A DNA stretch of 64,000 nucleotides, from assembly GCF_964355755.1 (NCBI RefSeq), contig NC_092680.1, positions 5,580,001 to 5,644,000 on the forward strand. The letters are read 5' to 3'. The notes beneath the pieces are model-generated. The model saw only the letters and a program-made list of their open reading frames with translations. It was not told the origin of the DNA and did not search any database. Source of the stretch: Antedon mediterranea. Taxonomy: Eukaryota; Animalia; Echinodermata. The position numbers and the translations under genes were made by a program. Shown piece by piece: positions 48,401 through 60,500 of this stretch (its first letter is position 1; every line of letters begins with the position of its first letter).

Positions 48401-50559
48401 ATCTTACTCACATGGTAACTTTAAATACTAAATACTTGTTTATGTTTATCCTCATTACAGGTGAACTTGGCGAATCTGCTCAACAAGCCAATCATACCGA
48501 TCCTTATTGAGCGTACAGCCTGGCCTCCAGAAGGTCCAATGAGCATGCTTTTTGCACAGCTTCTTTACATCCAATTTTTCACGGATAAAGATTACGTCAG
48601 AGGAGATAAATTTTGGGTTGATGCCAAATTTGCAGAGTTATTGGCGCAAGTCAGTTATTATGCTGCTCCAGATCCAGAACAAATTACTGACGGTATGGGA
48701 AGATTATGTTTAAATATTTTATTTATTTCTATTTTATTTTATGTTTCAGAAGTATTCAAAACGTATTGTAATCATCTAATAATATTATTATTAAAAAAAT
48801 GATTTACGAAATACGGTTTTCTTTTTTTCAGAATACAAAAGTTGGGTACCAACTGTTGAGGCACCTGAGCAAGAAATAAAACAAGCTAAGAAAGATGATA
48901 AAGGCGGTGAAACCAAAGTGGTAGAATCCGAGCAGGTAATATTCAGGAGTATATAAAGTGTATTTGACGTAAGGTCACTAACATATACAGAGTAATATTA
49001 AAATAATAAGCCCATGTAATCGTAATTATTTCTTTCTTATTGATGATTGTATAGATGCATTGAGTATTGTGTTGCTCTACAAATGGGTTTATATCCACTA
49101 AGCCAGTAACTTAATCAACGATTCTTATCTTAATTCATTTATTACCAGTTTTGTTCTTTACTTAGCAAGCGGAAATCGAACCAGAAGTCTTCATATCATA
49201 CCAATGGGATCATCAACCACAGATAAAGGTCTTGTACCAACGACTGACCAGTCTTGGTTACTCGTGTTGGTTGGATATTAAACAAATGGGCGGTGGAGAT
49301 CCATTATATAGTAAAATTGACAAAGGTCTTCGCAAAGCTAAGGTAAGTCAGTTAAAATATTATTTACATACACCTATTGTAAGTAATCAATAGGCCTACA
49401 TTATAATAATGTACCTAACCTACGTAATTATTCGAATACTAGCTAGTGTTCTAAAGGACACAATTAAGTGCCACTGTTCATGTATAATTTTAATACTATT
49501 TTAAAACTCTGAAATTATGTCGTCCTTCTATAGGTCAGTTATAGAGAGTGTCATAACGTATTCTTTAACGGTATGGTTCGGTAGCACTACCGAAAATGAA
49601 AAGCGTGACCTAAATAGAATAGTCAAGACCGCGTCGCGTGTAATTGGATCTGCACAACTGCCTTTGGAGAGCATATTTTCGGATCGTCTTCTGAAAAAGG
49701 CAGTGGCTATCAAAGATGATCAATTTCATCCGGCCTATAGTATGTTCCAGTTGATGCGCAGCGGTTGGCAATTTTGTTCTATTAAGGCCAATAAGGCACG
49801 ATTTACAAATAGTTTCTTTGCAGGAGCTATTAGAGCCTTAAACATAATGTAGACACTTTTTTGTAATGTTTTTGTTTTTGAGTTCGTGTTGTGTCCGTTG
49901 AATATTGTGCTACGCCAACAGAGCAAACAGAATTTCTATGTTTTTTCTTAAAACAAATGATAATAAATGATACTTGACTTGACTTGACTTGAAAGTCGTA
50001 CTACCAAAGGTGCTCAATGCACAGTTGAGGTTAATTATTAGATTTAATATTTTGTCTATAAATTGTATTATAGGTTGTTATTTCCTGCGTTACGCCGAAG
50101 TATTCATTGTCAGCCAACTGCCGACGTGAAGTCAGTCTATCAGATGCTCTCCGTCGACCAATCATTCCAATCCTTCTCCAGCAGATGACATGGCCACCAG
50201 AAGGTCCAATGAGCATGACATTTACACAGCTTCTCTACATTGACTTTACCAAGGAGTCAAGTCAGGAAAGTTTTGCTGACGAAAAATTTGACGAACTTGT
50301 TGCAAAAATTAATGAACATGCGCAGCCTGGAGAGGAAGGTAAACAATCTACACCTGAACAAGTTTCTGATCAGCCGAAACCTGAAGAATCAAAATCGGAA
50401 GATCCTAAACCCGAAGAACCAAAATCCAAAGCTCCCAAACCCGAAGAACCAAAGTCTGAAGATCCAAAACAAGAGGCTCCTCAGCAGCAAAAACCTCCAA
50501 CAGCGCCTGAACCGAATAAGCAAAATCAGAAAAAATCGAAGACTTGTTGCGTTTTATAA
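42492..50559 (+). CDS. Gene B: paralog of gene A, 17 coding exons, ~1137 aa, ends KKSKTCCVL
   Basis: Exons 42492-42676, 43170-43290, 43787-43950, 44155-44284, 44630-44778, 45205-45337, 45803-45992, 46210-46355, 46584-46793, 46898-47115, 47280-47511, 47677-47950, 48081-48343, 48461-48692, 48832-48935, 49166-49342, 50074-50559. Internal exon lengths are identical to gene A. Confidence 0.9.
43475..43725 (+). mobile_element. tRNA-derived SINE in intron 2 of gene B
   Basis: tRNA-like head (tctagtggttaggacac...gggttcaattccc), body ccagtccactcagctgtaaaatagtacc, tail (ACCTTT)n. Absent from the same intron of genes A and C. Confidence 0.78.
44423..44490. mobile_element. Tiny MITE with TAA target duplication (PIF/Harbinger-like)
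   Basis: TIRs agggtctttca / tgaaagaccct, flanked by taa on both sides. Confidence 0.6.
49510..49993 (+). mobile_element. 3' fragment of a Rex1/Babar-like non-LTR retrotransposon in intron 16 of gene B
   Basis: [22 protein letters not shown]...[13 protein letters not shown]...HPAYSMF...SG...[13 protein letters not shown] is typical of the post-RT C-terminus of this clade. It is followed by a (GACTT)n tail. Confidence 0.75.
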
Positions 50560-51178
50560 CTGTTTACAAATAACATCCAAGTCATGCGTTTGCTGTGCAG
50601 TAATGTTTTCTAAACAAATAATAAATAGTTCTATTGTCTCCTTCCTTCTTCAGTCGTTTGTCCACTAACGTCAAATTCCCTACAGTGACAATCCCATCGT
50701 AGAGCCCTGTCAACTGTCTATTGTTTGCAGTTGTTCAAAGTATACCTATAGTAACGCTATAGTTAATTCGTTATGATCAGTGCAAGTCTAATTATTTTGT
50801 TTAACCATTAAAATGTAAGTCAGCGTATATTGTATTTAGATCTTTGAACACTCTTTTGAAAATATTACATTTCTATTAATTCTTTAATTAAATTTAAGTA
50901 AAATAATTAATTAACGCTTCACTTAAACGAATTGAAACTTACATAAAATCGAATATAATTTATTAAAATAGTTTTTTTAAATTATTATTTACAAAAAGGT
51001 ATTAATAAATATTTATATATATATAGTAATTTAATTTTTGTGATGTGACTATACATGCTGCATGTTGTATTTTCTTTAATTATTTAGTTTATAAATATGG
51101 ATTATGGTTATTATGAATTCATAGAATAAAAACTTTAAAAAATTGAACGTGTGTATACTTTGAGTTGATTTATTTAAA

Positions 51179-52476
51179 TCTATATATAAATTTACGTAAA
51201 GGCAAAATTCGGTAAATCGCGCGTAATTTCTAGAATGTTTACTCGATGGTATGTAAAGTTGGTTCGTACTTTCGGTACTGATTTTAACCACCTGATGTAA
51301 CCCCGTTTACTAATTAAATCGAGTTCGATAATTAGTTATTGACGATTAAAACGAATTTAGGTTCAACGATTTGCCCCAAATAGGGATGTTTTCCGATCGT
51401 GGTATACACTGTCTAATGTATGTCCATCTTGAAAAATACCCGCAGACAATAATACGAGGATGCTTCGCATTTTCCTATCTCCTCCTACGATAATTGTTTT
51501 TAATGGCTGAAAACCGGTTGAACAGCTCGAGTACAGCATCATAATGTTGAAGACAGGCCGATTTTCTTAAAAAAATACTATTTTGATTTAATATACGTTT
51601 ATACAAATGTATTGATTTGCAATGAATGGAACATTCCAAATTATTTGGTTTAACCAGACTTGCATACTTCCATGGTTTAACACAAGTAGGTAAATTTATA
51701 GACCCTTGGAGAATAAACATAAATAGTATTGTAATGCTATACAATACTGCAAATAGGTATTAACCACTTTTGATCGCCATTTGAATCAAAAGTGTGTTGG
51801 TACTGTTAGATATAATATAAACAAATATACTAATAAACTTTATTACTGTGAGGGTGGGTATAGCCCCTACTTTTAGATTATAAACACATAATAATATAAT
51901 ACTTTATTACCGTCAGTTGCTTCTCAACGTTTGTATTAATTAATAATTACAAAAATATAAACGTATTAGTGGTCTTTAAATGTACTTTACTATTTCAATC
52001 GACTATGAGACAGTGACAGTTTTAACTAAGTATTAAATCGGAAATGGTTTACTCTTTTTAGTGGTTTATTATTTATAGGCCTATAAAAAAATATTTCGTT
52101 ACTGAGTGGATAATAAAGAAATATAAAGAATAGGCTAATTTAATAGAAGAATATATTAAAACATTGTTCTTCTTTGTACCTATCCTCATCCCCAACTCTC
52201 AACTCTAATGTTAGATACAAAACACAAATTGGGAGTCCAAATAAAAAAATTGGGCTCCTTTTGTGACAAGTTTCTAGGTGCTAATTTGGGTTGACTGCAT
52301 AAATCATTGTGTCTATTTATTTTTTTCTGTAAACGACAATGTTTTATAGTCCTGCCGTACGTACATTTGAAATCGCCAGTTTTTTATGCTGAAATTACTA
52401 CGGTATGTATTCGAGAACCATCTGTGGGCACGAACTAGATGGTACGCGAGCGAAGCGAGCGTAGGCTACCATCTAG
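51179..52476 (+). mobile_element. Non-autonomous Helitron (same family as 36668-38317)
   Basis: 5' TCTATATATAAATTTACG; shares ~530 bp with 36668-37210. Same 3' end gagaaccatctgtg..ctagatggtacgcgagcgaagcgagcgt...catCTAG. Confidence 0.88.
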
Positions 52477-53071
52477 TAATAATAATTATTATTATATTCA
52501 AATACATTTATTGTGTACTAGTGTGTTATAGCAATCATGTGGTTTATTTGAATTTAAACTAACTAAATTTAGTTGAATTTAATGAACGTAATAGCGTAAA
52601 GAAAATTACACGAAAGACTATTAATTATTTCTTTTTTTCTAACTTTTGAAAACGTTTCGTTTCGTTCGTTTCGTTCAATGTTTGTTTTAAAAAAAACACA
52701 AAAAAACAATGCAGTAACAGTAAGCTTAGTTTGCTATATGTATGTATCCCAATAAATAAATTAATATGAGATGTTCTTGAGAGCGATTTCTATCTATTAT
52801 AATATCTACCTAACATTGATTATTACATCACCATGGCAATACTAGGCAATATTATTGTTTGTAGTATAATTAATTGGTTTATTGTATTGTTGATGATGCG
52901 GTTCACTGATTTCTAGCCAGCAGTACGCCTACTGTGGCAGTATGGTGGAAATAAGAAGAAATAAGCAGCAAGTACTTAGGTTGATACTGAGCAATAGCTA
53001 AGGTAATTATGATAATTAGTGCTTAAGAACGTGAGAAGACTACTATAGTAATACTTAACTACTGTATAACC

Positions 53072-56000
53072 TGTGACATTCGTCCAGCTATTCTCACAGA
53101 TCACCAGGCGGTATCAATTAAAATAGATTTGCATGAAAAAATACGCGGTCCTGGTTTATGGATTTTCAACAATAGCTTTCTGAAAGATGAAACATTTACA
53201 AAATTAGTAATTAAAATAATTGATGTTTCAATACTAAAAAATAATAGAGAACCTGTAAGTGCAAGTTTGTTATGGGAGCTTGTAAAAACAAAAATAAAAG
53301 AATTTTCAATTGCATACGGAAAACAAAAAAATAAAAACCAGAATAAAAAGAAAGAAACATTACAAAAACAAATAAAAAACTTAACTGAAACAATTATGAA
53401 TACTCAAAATTGTGATATAACCATTGAAAATAAAATTGAAAACAAAAAAATAGAGCTTGAAAACATTTATAATATAGAAGCAAAAGGCGCGCAAATTAGG
53501 TCCAGAGTAAAATGGATAGAGGAAGGCGAGCGGAATACAAAATACTTTCTTGGGTTAGAAAGATCCAAAAGTAAAAAGAAACACATAAAAAGTTTAATTA
53601 CTAAAGATGGGAGCTTAGCAACGAGCCCAATTGATATTTTAAAGGAACAAATACAACATTTCGAAGGTTTATACGCAAAAAATGTTATAAACCCTGGAAA
53701 AATTAATAAATACCTTTGTAAATCTATTATAAACAAGCTTTCAGAAATAGAAAAAGAAAATTGTGAAGGTTACGTCACTATTGATGAATGTAAAAAGGCC
53801 ATTTCAATGATGGAAAAAAATAAAACACCTGGATCGGATGGTCTAAGTGTTGAATTTTATGTGTTCTTTTGGAATAATATTAAACATTTAATTTGCGATG
53901 CGTTAAATGAAAGTTATAATTCTCAAGAATTATCCTTTTCGCAAAAACGAGGTGTAATCACCCTTTTGTTCAAGGATGGAGAAAGAGAAAATTTGAATAA
54001 TTGGCGTCCCATTACCCTCTTAAACACCGATTACAAAATTCTTGCACATGTATTAAGTAACAGACTTAAAATGGTTATTAAATCAATAGTAAGTTCAGAC
54101 CAAAAAGGTTATATAAAAGGCCGTTTCGCTGGTGAAAACATTCGGTTAATAGAAGACCTGCTTTATTATACAGAGTGTAATGATATCGAAGGGGCAATAA
54201 TTACCGTAGATTTTAAGAAGGCTTTTGACTCTATTAGTAGAGATTTTATGTTCAATGTTCTAGAAAAGTTTAACTTTGGAATGTTCTTTTGTAACTGGGT
54301 AAAAGTATTATACAATAACGTTGAATGTGTCACAGTTAACAATGGTTGGGTTTCAAACAATTTTAAAATGGAAAGAGGTATTAGACAAGGTTGTCCTCTA
54401 TCTGCTCTGTTATTCATTTTAGTGGTTGAAGTAATGGCATCTAGAATAAGAAACAAAGATGACTATAAGGGTATTAAACTTCCAAATAATGAAAATAACA
54501 TAGAAGCTAGAATAAGCCAATTAGCCGATGATACTATTTTGTATGTTGGTAATGACAAAAGTATTAAGTCAGCAGTCAGTGTAATTGAACGTTTTTGTGA
54601 AGTATCTGGAATGACACTAAATAAAAAAAAAACCAATGCTTTTTGGATTGGTAAATGGAAGAACAGAATAGATAGACCTTTAGAATTAAATTGGGTAAAA
54701 CACCCGATCAAAATTTTAGGCATATATGTAGGGTATAATACAGAAGAATGTACCAGAAAAAACTGGGATGTTAAATTAATAGAGCTAGAAAAGACTTTAA
54801 AACAATGGAATGCTAGAAATCTCTCAATTTTTGGTAGAATAATAATCCTGAAAAGTCTTGCACTATCTAAATTAACATATGCTGCAAATATCACTGATGT
54901 TCCAAAATATGTATATACAAAAGTTACAAATCTAATATATAATTTTATTTGGAACAATAAAAGGGAAAAGATAAAAAGAAAAACTCTAATTGGTGATGTT
55001 GAGATGGGAGGCATTAAAATGCCTGATTTTACTCTTCATGTTAACGCACTCATGTGTGGCTGGTTAAAAAGAATTATGAATGATGATGGTGCTAAATGGA
55101 AAAATATTCCAATGTATTATATTAAAAAAATATGTGATGTTAATGTTTTACTTAATATGTCATGTTATAACATTATTGATGTTAATTCTGATAAAATTCC
55201 ACTGTTTTACAAAAATATGATAAAAGCCTACATAAATTATAACAGAATCTCTAAAAAAAAACCTGAAACTTATAACGATATAATGAATGAGCAACTGTGG
55301 GGAAACCACTACGTTAAACTAAAAAAAAAAATCGCTTTTCTACAAGCATTGGATTGACAGTGGCATTATCAGTATTAAAGACATTGTTAATAAGAACACT
55401 TTTTTAACATCAAACGAAATACTGGTGAAACTACAATGTAAAACAAACTGGTTAAATGAGTATTTGTGCATTATTAAGGCAATACCAATTCAATGGAAAC
55501 GTATTATTAAGGAGGTAGATATTTTCAATTGTGATGATAATGATGAATTAGTTGGGACCAAGTATGAGATTAATACTACCAAACTAATATACTCATGGTT
55601 TGTGAAAGAATATTTCATTATTCCAATGTCACAACTAAAATGGGAAGAGTACTTCAATGATAACAACATTGATTGGAAAACTTCTTGGTTACGGAAAGTA
55701 TGTAAAATGAAAGATAAGAAACTAGCACAATTCAATTATAAGATGTTACATAGAATACTGCCTACCAACAAACGGCTGTATCAGTGGAAAGTTAAGGAAA
55801 CACAAACGTGTGACAAATGTGGAGAAATTGAAAACGAAAATCATTTGTTTTTTAGTTGTAGATTTATTCAGAAATATTGGAGGAAAATGCTTAGTATCTT
55901 TGTAAGTTTAAATCACAATAATATATCATTTAAACAATTAATACTAGGAACGGGAGATAAGCTAATAGATTATATTTACACTTTTGCAGCATTTACTATT

Positions 56001-57059
56001 TATAGAATAAAAATGTTATCTGCACTAAATAAGCCAGTGGGTAAATCTTTATGGAATTCATTTAAAAGCAATATGTTATATAACATTGAATGTGAAACAT
56101 ATAACAATAAAGAAACAAGTATAGAAAAATGGGTAGCTTTAAGAAATAAGATTATGATAATATAATTTCCAATTTTTATACGATTAACTGAAAAAGAATT
56201 ACAGTGATACGGGTTACTGGTGGTACTGAGCTATTATTGTTTTTTTTTTTATCATGTATATAAATATATTGTATAATCCGGGTTGTAAAATGAAAACAAA
56301 CAAATGAAAATGTGTGAACTATTTTAAAACGGGATAGATGATAATGATGATCCTGTCAAGTGTATAACAAAATATAAGAAAATTAATGAAAAAAGGAGTA
56401 ATACAGAATTCATATATGTAAAAATGTTACTTATGAACTGTAACGACATTTACAAGTTAAATAATACGATTTTATGTAATATGAGATAATATGAATGTGA
56501 ATAAAAGTGGTGTTTGCGCCACAAAAGAGAAAAAAAAAATTTACTATTTATAGAATAAAAATGTTATCTGCACTAAATAAGCCAGTGGGTAAATCTTTAT
56601 GGAATTCATTTAAAAGCAATATGTTATATAACATTGAATGTGAAACATATAACAATAAAGAAACAAGTATAGAAAAATGGATAGCTTTAAGAAATAAGAT
56701 TATGATAATATAATTTCTAATTTGATACGATTAACCGAAAAAGAATTACAGTGATACGGGTTACTGGTGGTACTGAGCTATTATTGTTTTTTTATCATGT
56801 ATATAAATATATTGTATAATCCGGGTTGTAAAATGAAAACAAACAAATGAAAATGTGTGAACTATTTTAAAACGGGATAGATGATAACGATGATCCTGTC
56901 AAGTGTATAACAAAATATAAGAAAATTAATGAAAAAAGGAGTAATACAGAATTCATATATGTAAAAATGTTACAAGTTAAATAATACGATTTTATGTAAT
57001 ATGAGATAATATGAATGTGAATAAAAGTGGTGTTTGCGCCACAAAAGAGAAAAAAAAAA
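53072..57059 (+). mobile_element. 5'-truncated Tx1/L1-clade LINE with duplicated 3' end, poly(A) and TSD
   Basis: Begins at the end of the endonuclease domain (TDH..GPGLWIFNNSFL). TSD ctactgtataacc is at 53059-53071 and 57060-57072. Poly(A) tracts are at 56530-56539 and 57050-57059. Confidence 0.93.
53129..56165 (+). pseudogene. LINE ORF2 remnant (reverse transcriptase plus C-terminal zinc knuckle), one frameshift
   Basis: KTPGSDG, NWRPITLLNTDYKI, DFKKAFDS, GIRQGCPLS, QLADDT, ILGI. Frameshift in the A-run at 55321-55331. CDKCGEIENENHLFFSC is a CCHC motif. Confidence 0.92.
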
Positions 57060-57566
57060 CTACTGTATAACCAAAGAATATACTATTCGATTGTATATCT
57101 ATTCTTATGCTTGAGTTGAGACAGTTCTGATACATATAATTACACGTAGGCCTACATATAAATACATACTGAAATTAGGTCTAGGTCTATTACATTGATC
57201 AATGAACAGATTGACTAAGTACTGGAAGGATTTCGGAGCAATGTACGTAAACATATTGAAGCCTACGAATATTAAAAGCGACGTAATAATGTTAACGTAC
57301 TAAGATACGAAATACTGTATTAGTAATACTTAGGCCTACATACTGTACAAAAAGCACTGTATGCCGCTTTGCAGACAAAAGCCCTTGCATGGATTAAAAC
57401 TGTGCCTTATGCACCGTTTCCGATACGAAGGGACATTATGCGTTTAAAAATGTTGACTTTTTGGGTTGGTCATGAATTTATAACAAGTTACTATAGTAAG
57501 TTACTAGGCCTATAAACGAAGTAAACCGTGTTATTTTTATTTATTTTTTAGCGGAAAAAAATCGAC

Positions 57567-60500
57567 ATGAAAAGGGCAGAGGTCGAAGCGATTGTAGAAG
57601 AAATCTCGGAATCAATTGATGATTTTAAGTACATGCCGAAGCTGATTAAAGCAGTGACTGAATTTGAAGAAGAGGAAGATGTCAAAAAGCTGAACATGCG
57701 AGTATTGAGAAATGTCATTGACAAAGTACTTTCTGCCGCTAAGAAAAGGTTTGTCATGTTATTTAAATTGTTTAATAACTAACAGGAATAGTATCATGTA
57801 GGTCTAGATACTAAGTTAAAACTTGGTATCTGGCCTACATGGAATGGTATAAGCGAATAGTTAAGGGCGTATTTACACACAACACAAATAGGTTAAGCTT
57901 CCAAGTTTATTCAGAGTATACATATTTAACAATACATAATATTTATTTCTACTGATACTGTACAAGCAATGCTAAAAACTACTAAAGCTTAATAATAAAC
58001 TACATTTTGGCCTCTTGGGGGCTACCACTCATATGAAATCGCTGTATGAAAGGTCCAGTGTGTTGTCACAGGAGCCAGTAAATCAAATGGTTGTTATTAA
58101 GTAGGCCTATATCGGTAAGTTCGTGACATCCGTTAGGTAAGTTGTGGAATTTGGGGGCAAAATAATTCCCCAGAATTATACCAGCCAAATTAGCGAATAA
58201 CATGAGTAACATATGAGTAGCGCCTGTGTTGAGTTAGGTGTTGGATGATGCCGGGGGATGGCTGGGTGGGAAAGATTGAAAAGTTTGTACAACTATCGAA
58301 CGGCTAGTTTAACAATGAAGTGTGCTAGTATGCATCTTAGTAAACAACTGAAAACACACTGAATTCTCATTGGTTGCCAATTAGAAATTAGCCTATCCTA
58401 CATTTTTGTGGTTCCACTATTAGATATACCCGTAATGATCTATAGAAATACATTGTCAATTACTGTGGTTGGAACTTTGATTAAGGGTCTCCCTTGACTA
58501 ACATTCCGTTTTAATTACCTGTAAAAACAATATACCATTCATCCTAACACTTCTATTACTCTGAAATCTACCCACATTTATATACCACATCCTTAGTTAA
58601 AAGAAAGTACTTGTGCTGTGTATAAACTATAATTTATTACTTTAAATTTCCTTTTATTTACTCAATTAGAAAATCCACTAATCCTTCTAATTTGTTGCAA
58701 TAATAAGTTATTGGTGGACAACCCTTAAAACATTATAATATTTAATTCATTTATTTAATAATAAAGAGGCTTAACATTTAAGACCAAATAGTTCAGTACA
58801 TAACAGAAACTGCTGGAACAAAAATACTTCTACCAGATTCTCAGTGTATCTCCAAATATTTAAAGTATCATAGGGATATTTAATAATACATGTAGCATCT
58901 CATTTGAGTCACATGTGGTGTCTGCATCATGCAGTGTCTGCATCATACAATGTTAGGTTAAAGTATATGATACTACTGTAGGAGAAACATGTGAAACAAA
59001 TGTGATGTTGTATTTACCATTATGATGATACTAGCGAAATCTATATATAGTACCGAGAACCGGGGGATACTTCTTTGTGTTGTAGACGGATACATATTAC
59101 TGTGCGTCCAGTCTTACTAGATCCTCTACTATCTGTTAATAAAATTATAAATAATGACCAATTTAACCAAAAAACAATGCATATTTTCTTTTAAATTGTT
59201 GAAATTCGTAAAACAAATATGTATTTAAATTTGTTTGGATACAGCAAGGGTAAAGAGTCTAAAGCATTCGCCGGACTTGCAGTTGCCATGGCAGAGAAGA
59301 AGATGTCCATGTACTGTCGCAGGCTCAAGAGCTTATTTAACGACCGGAACATCGTCAATTGGAAAGTAAAACTATTTCTTTTTAAGGTTTTAAAGGTTCT
59401 CATCTAGTCTAGTTTAAATTAGGATAAATTACTTATCTTTTTTCATACGCTGTTTAGGGTCACCCTCTATAACTAAGGTGTAATAAAAAAAATAAAAAAT
59501 GGGGAGATGAACAAGTTGCTGCATTCTCACTCTTCTCCTATTATTAGTCGTTATGAGGGCTTTTGTAAAGCGATTCATAGAGGGCACTTACTTTTTATCA
59601 TGTGACACAATCGTCCAATTAAATAAAAGGAATCTATTTTAGGTGTTATATAATAGGTTTTATTTTGTTTACCAATTAAGTTTTTTTTTATAAACAAATA
59701 CTCTCAGTACAGTTTTTAATTTAAAAGTCTGGATTACTATCTATTGTTCTTCAGTTTTCAGCCAATATATATTTTATCTTGTTTGTTAAGGACCACTCCA
59801 CAGAAGCTATACAAATAATAGAGACATTTATTGAACCACCAAAAATCAAAATGACTGACGATGATGAACGTTGGTATGGCACTCGCAGACTAGAAGAATG
59901 TGAAATGTCTAAACGAATAAAAGATTGTGCAGAAGCAATGGTAAAAGCATTTTTGTAAGTACGCTTAAAGATACATTTCGCCCCTTAAAAGACAACCCGT
60001 AAGTAAGGTAGGATGAAGTATACTCAATTTGTATTAATTTTATGGGGTGGGTACGAAAAGGTTTTTGTTTTCATATTTCTTTTTCACCACCAATCCATTG
60101 GAGGACTGCAGATAATATCTGGAGAACCCACGCCCACGACACAAACGTATCTCGACGTATTCGAGAGTACAAAATAAACGTTTCAATTTAAAACAGAGAA
60201 CCAATTTAAACATACAGTTTTATCATTACTGTAATAGTAAATGTTCGTCTTTATCTCTTTTCCTTTATTAGACGAGATAAATTAGCTAAGAAAATTGAAA
60301 TCAAGCTTCTGCAACTGTTGATAAATTGTTTTGAGAAATCGGAGGTTTTTCATCTTATGATTGCCAGGGGAATGTTATATCAATGGAATTTTAAGCCTGA
60401 AGTAAGCTATTTATAGTTTAATTTTGTGTCTAAGAAGGTTTAAATAGTGCAACAAAGCCAGATTGAGTAACATTCGTTTTTGACCGAATTGACTTGAGCC

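Noticed and set aside
31221-50559. Naming genes A/B as MyD88 or SARM1, or as a bacterial Thoeris-type TIR system
   Set aside because: The architecture differs (long helical N-terminus, coiled coil, two TIRs, CCaX, no SAM), and the genes have 16 spliceosomal introns in the CDS, so they are neither those orthologs nor prokaryotic.
56507-56713. Separate 68-aa gene
   Set aside because: It is the duplicated last codons of LINE ORF2 read through the first poly(A).
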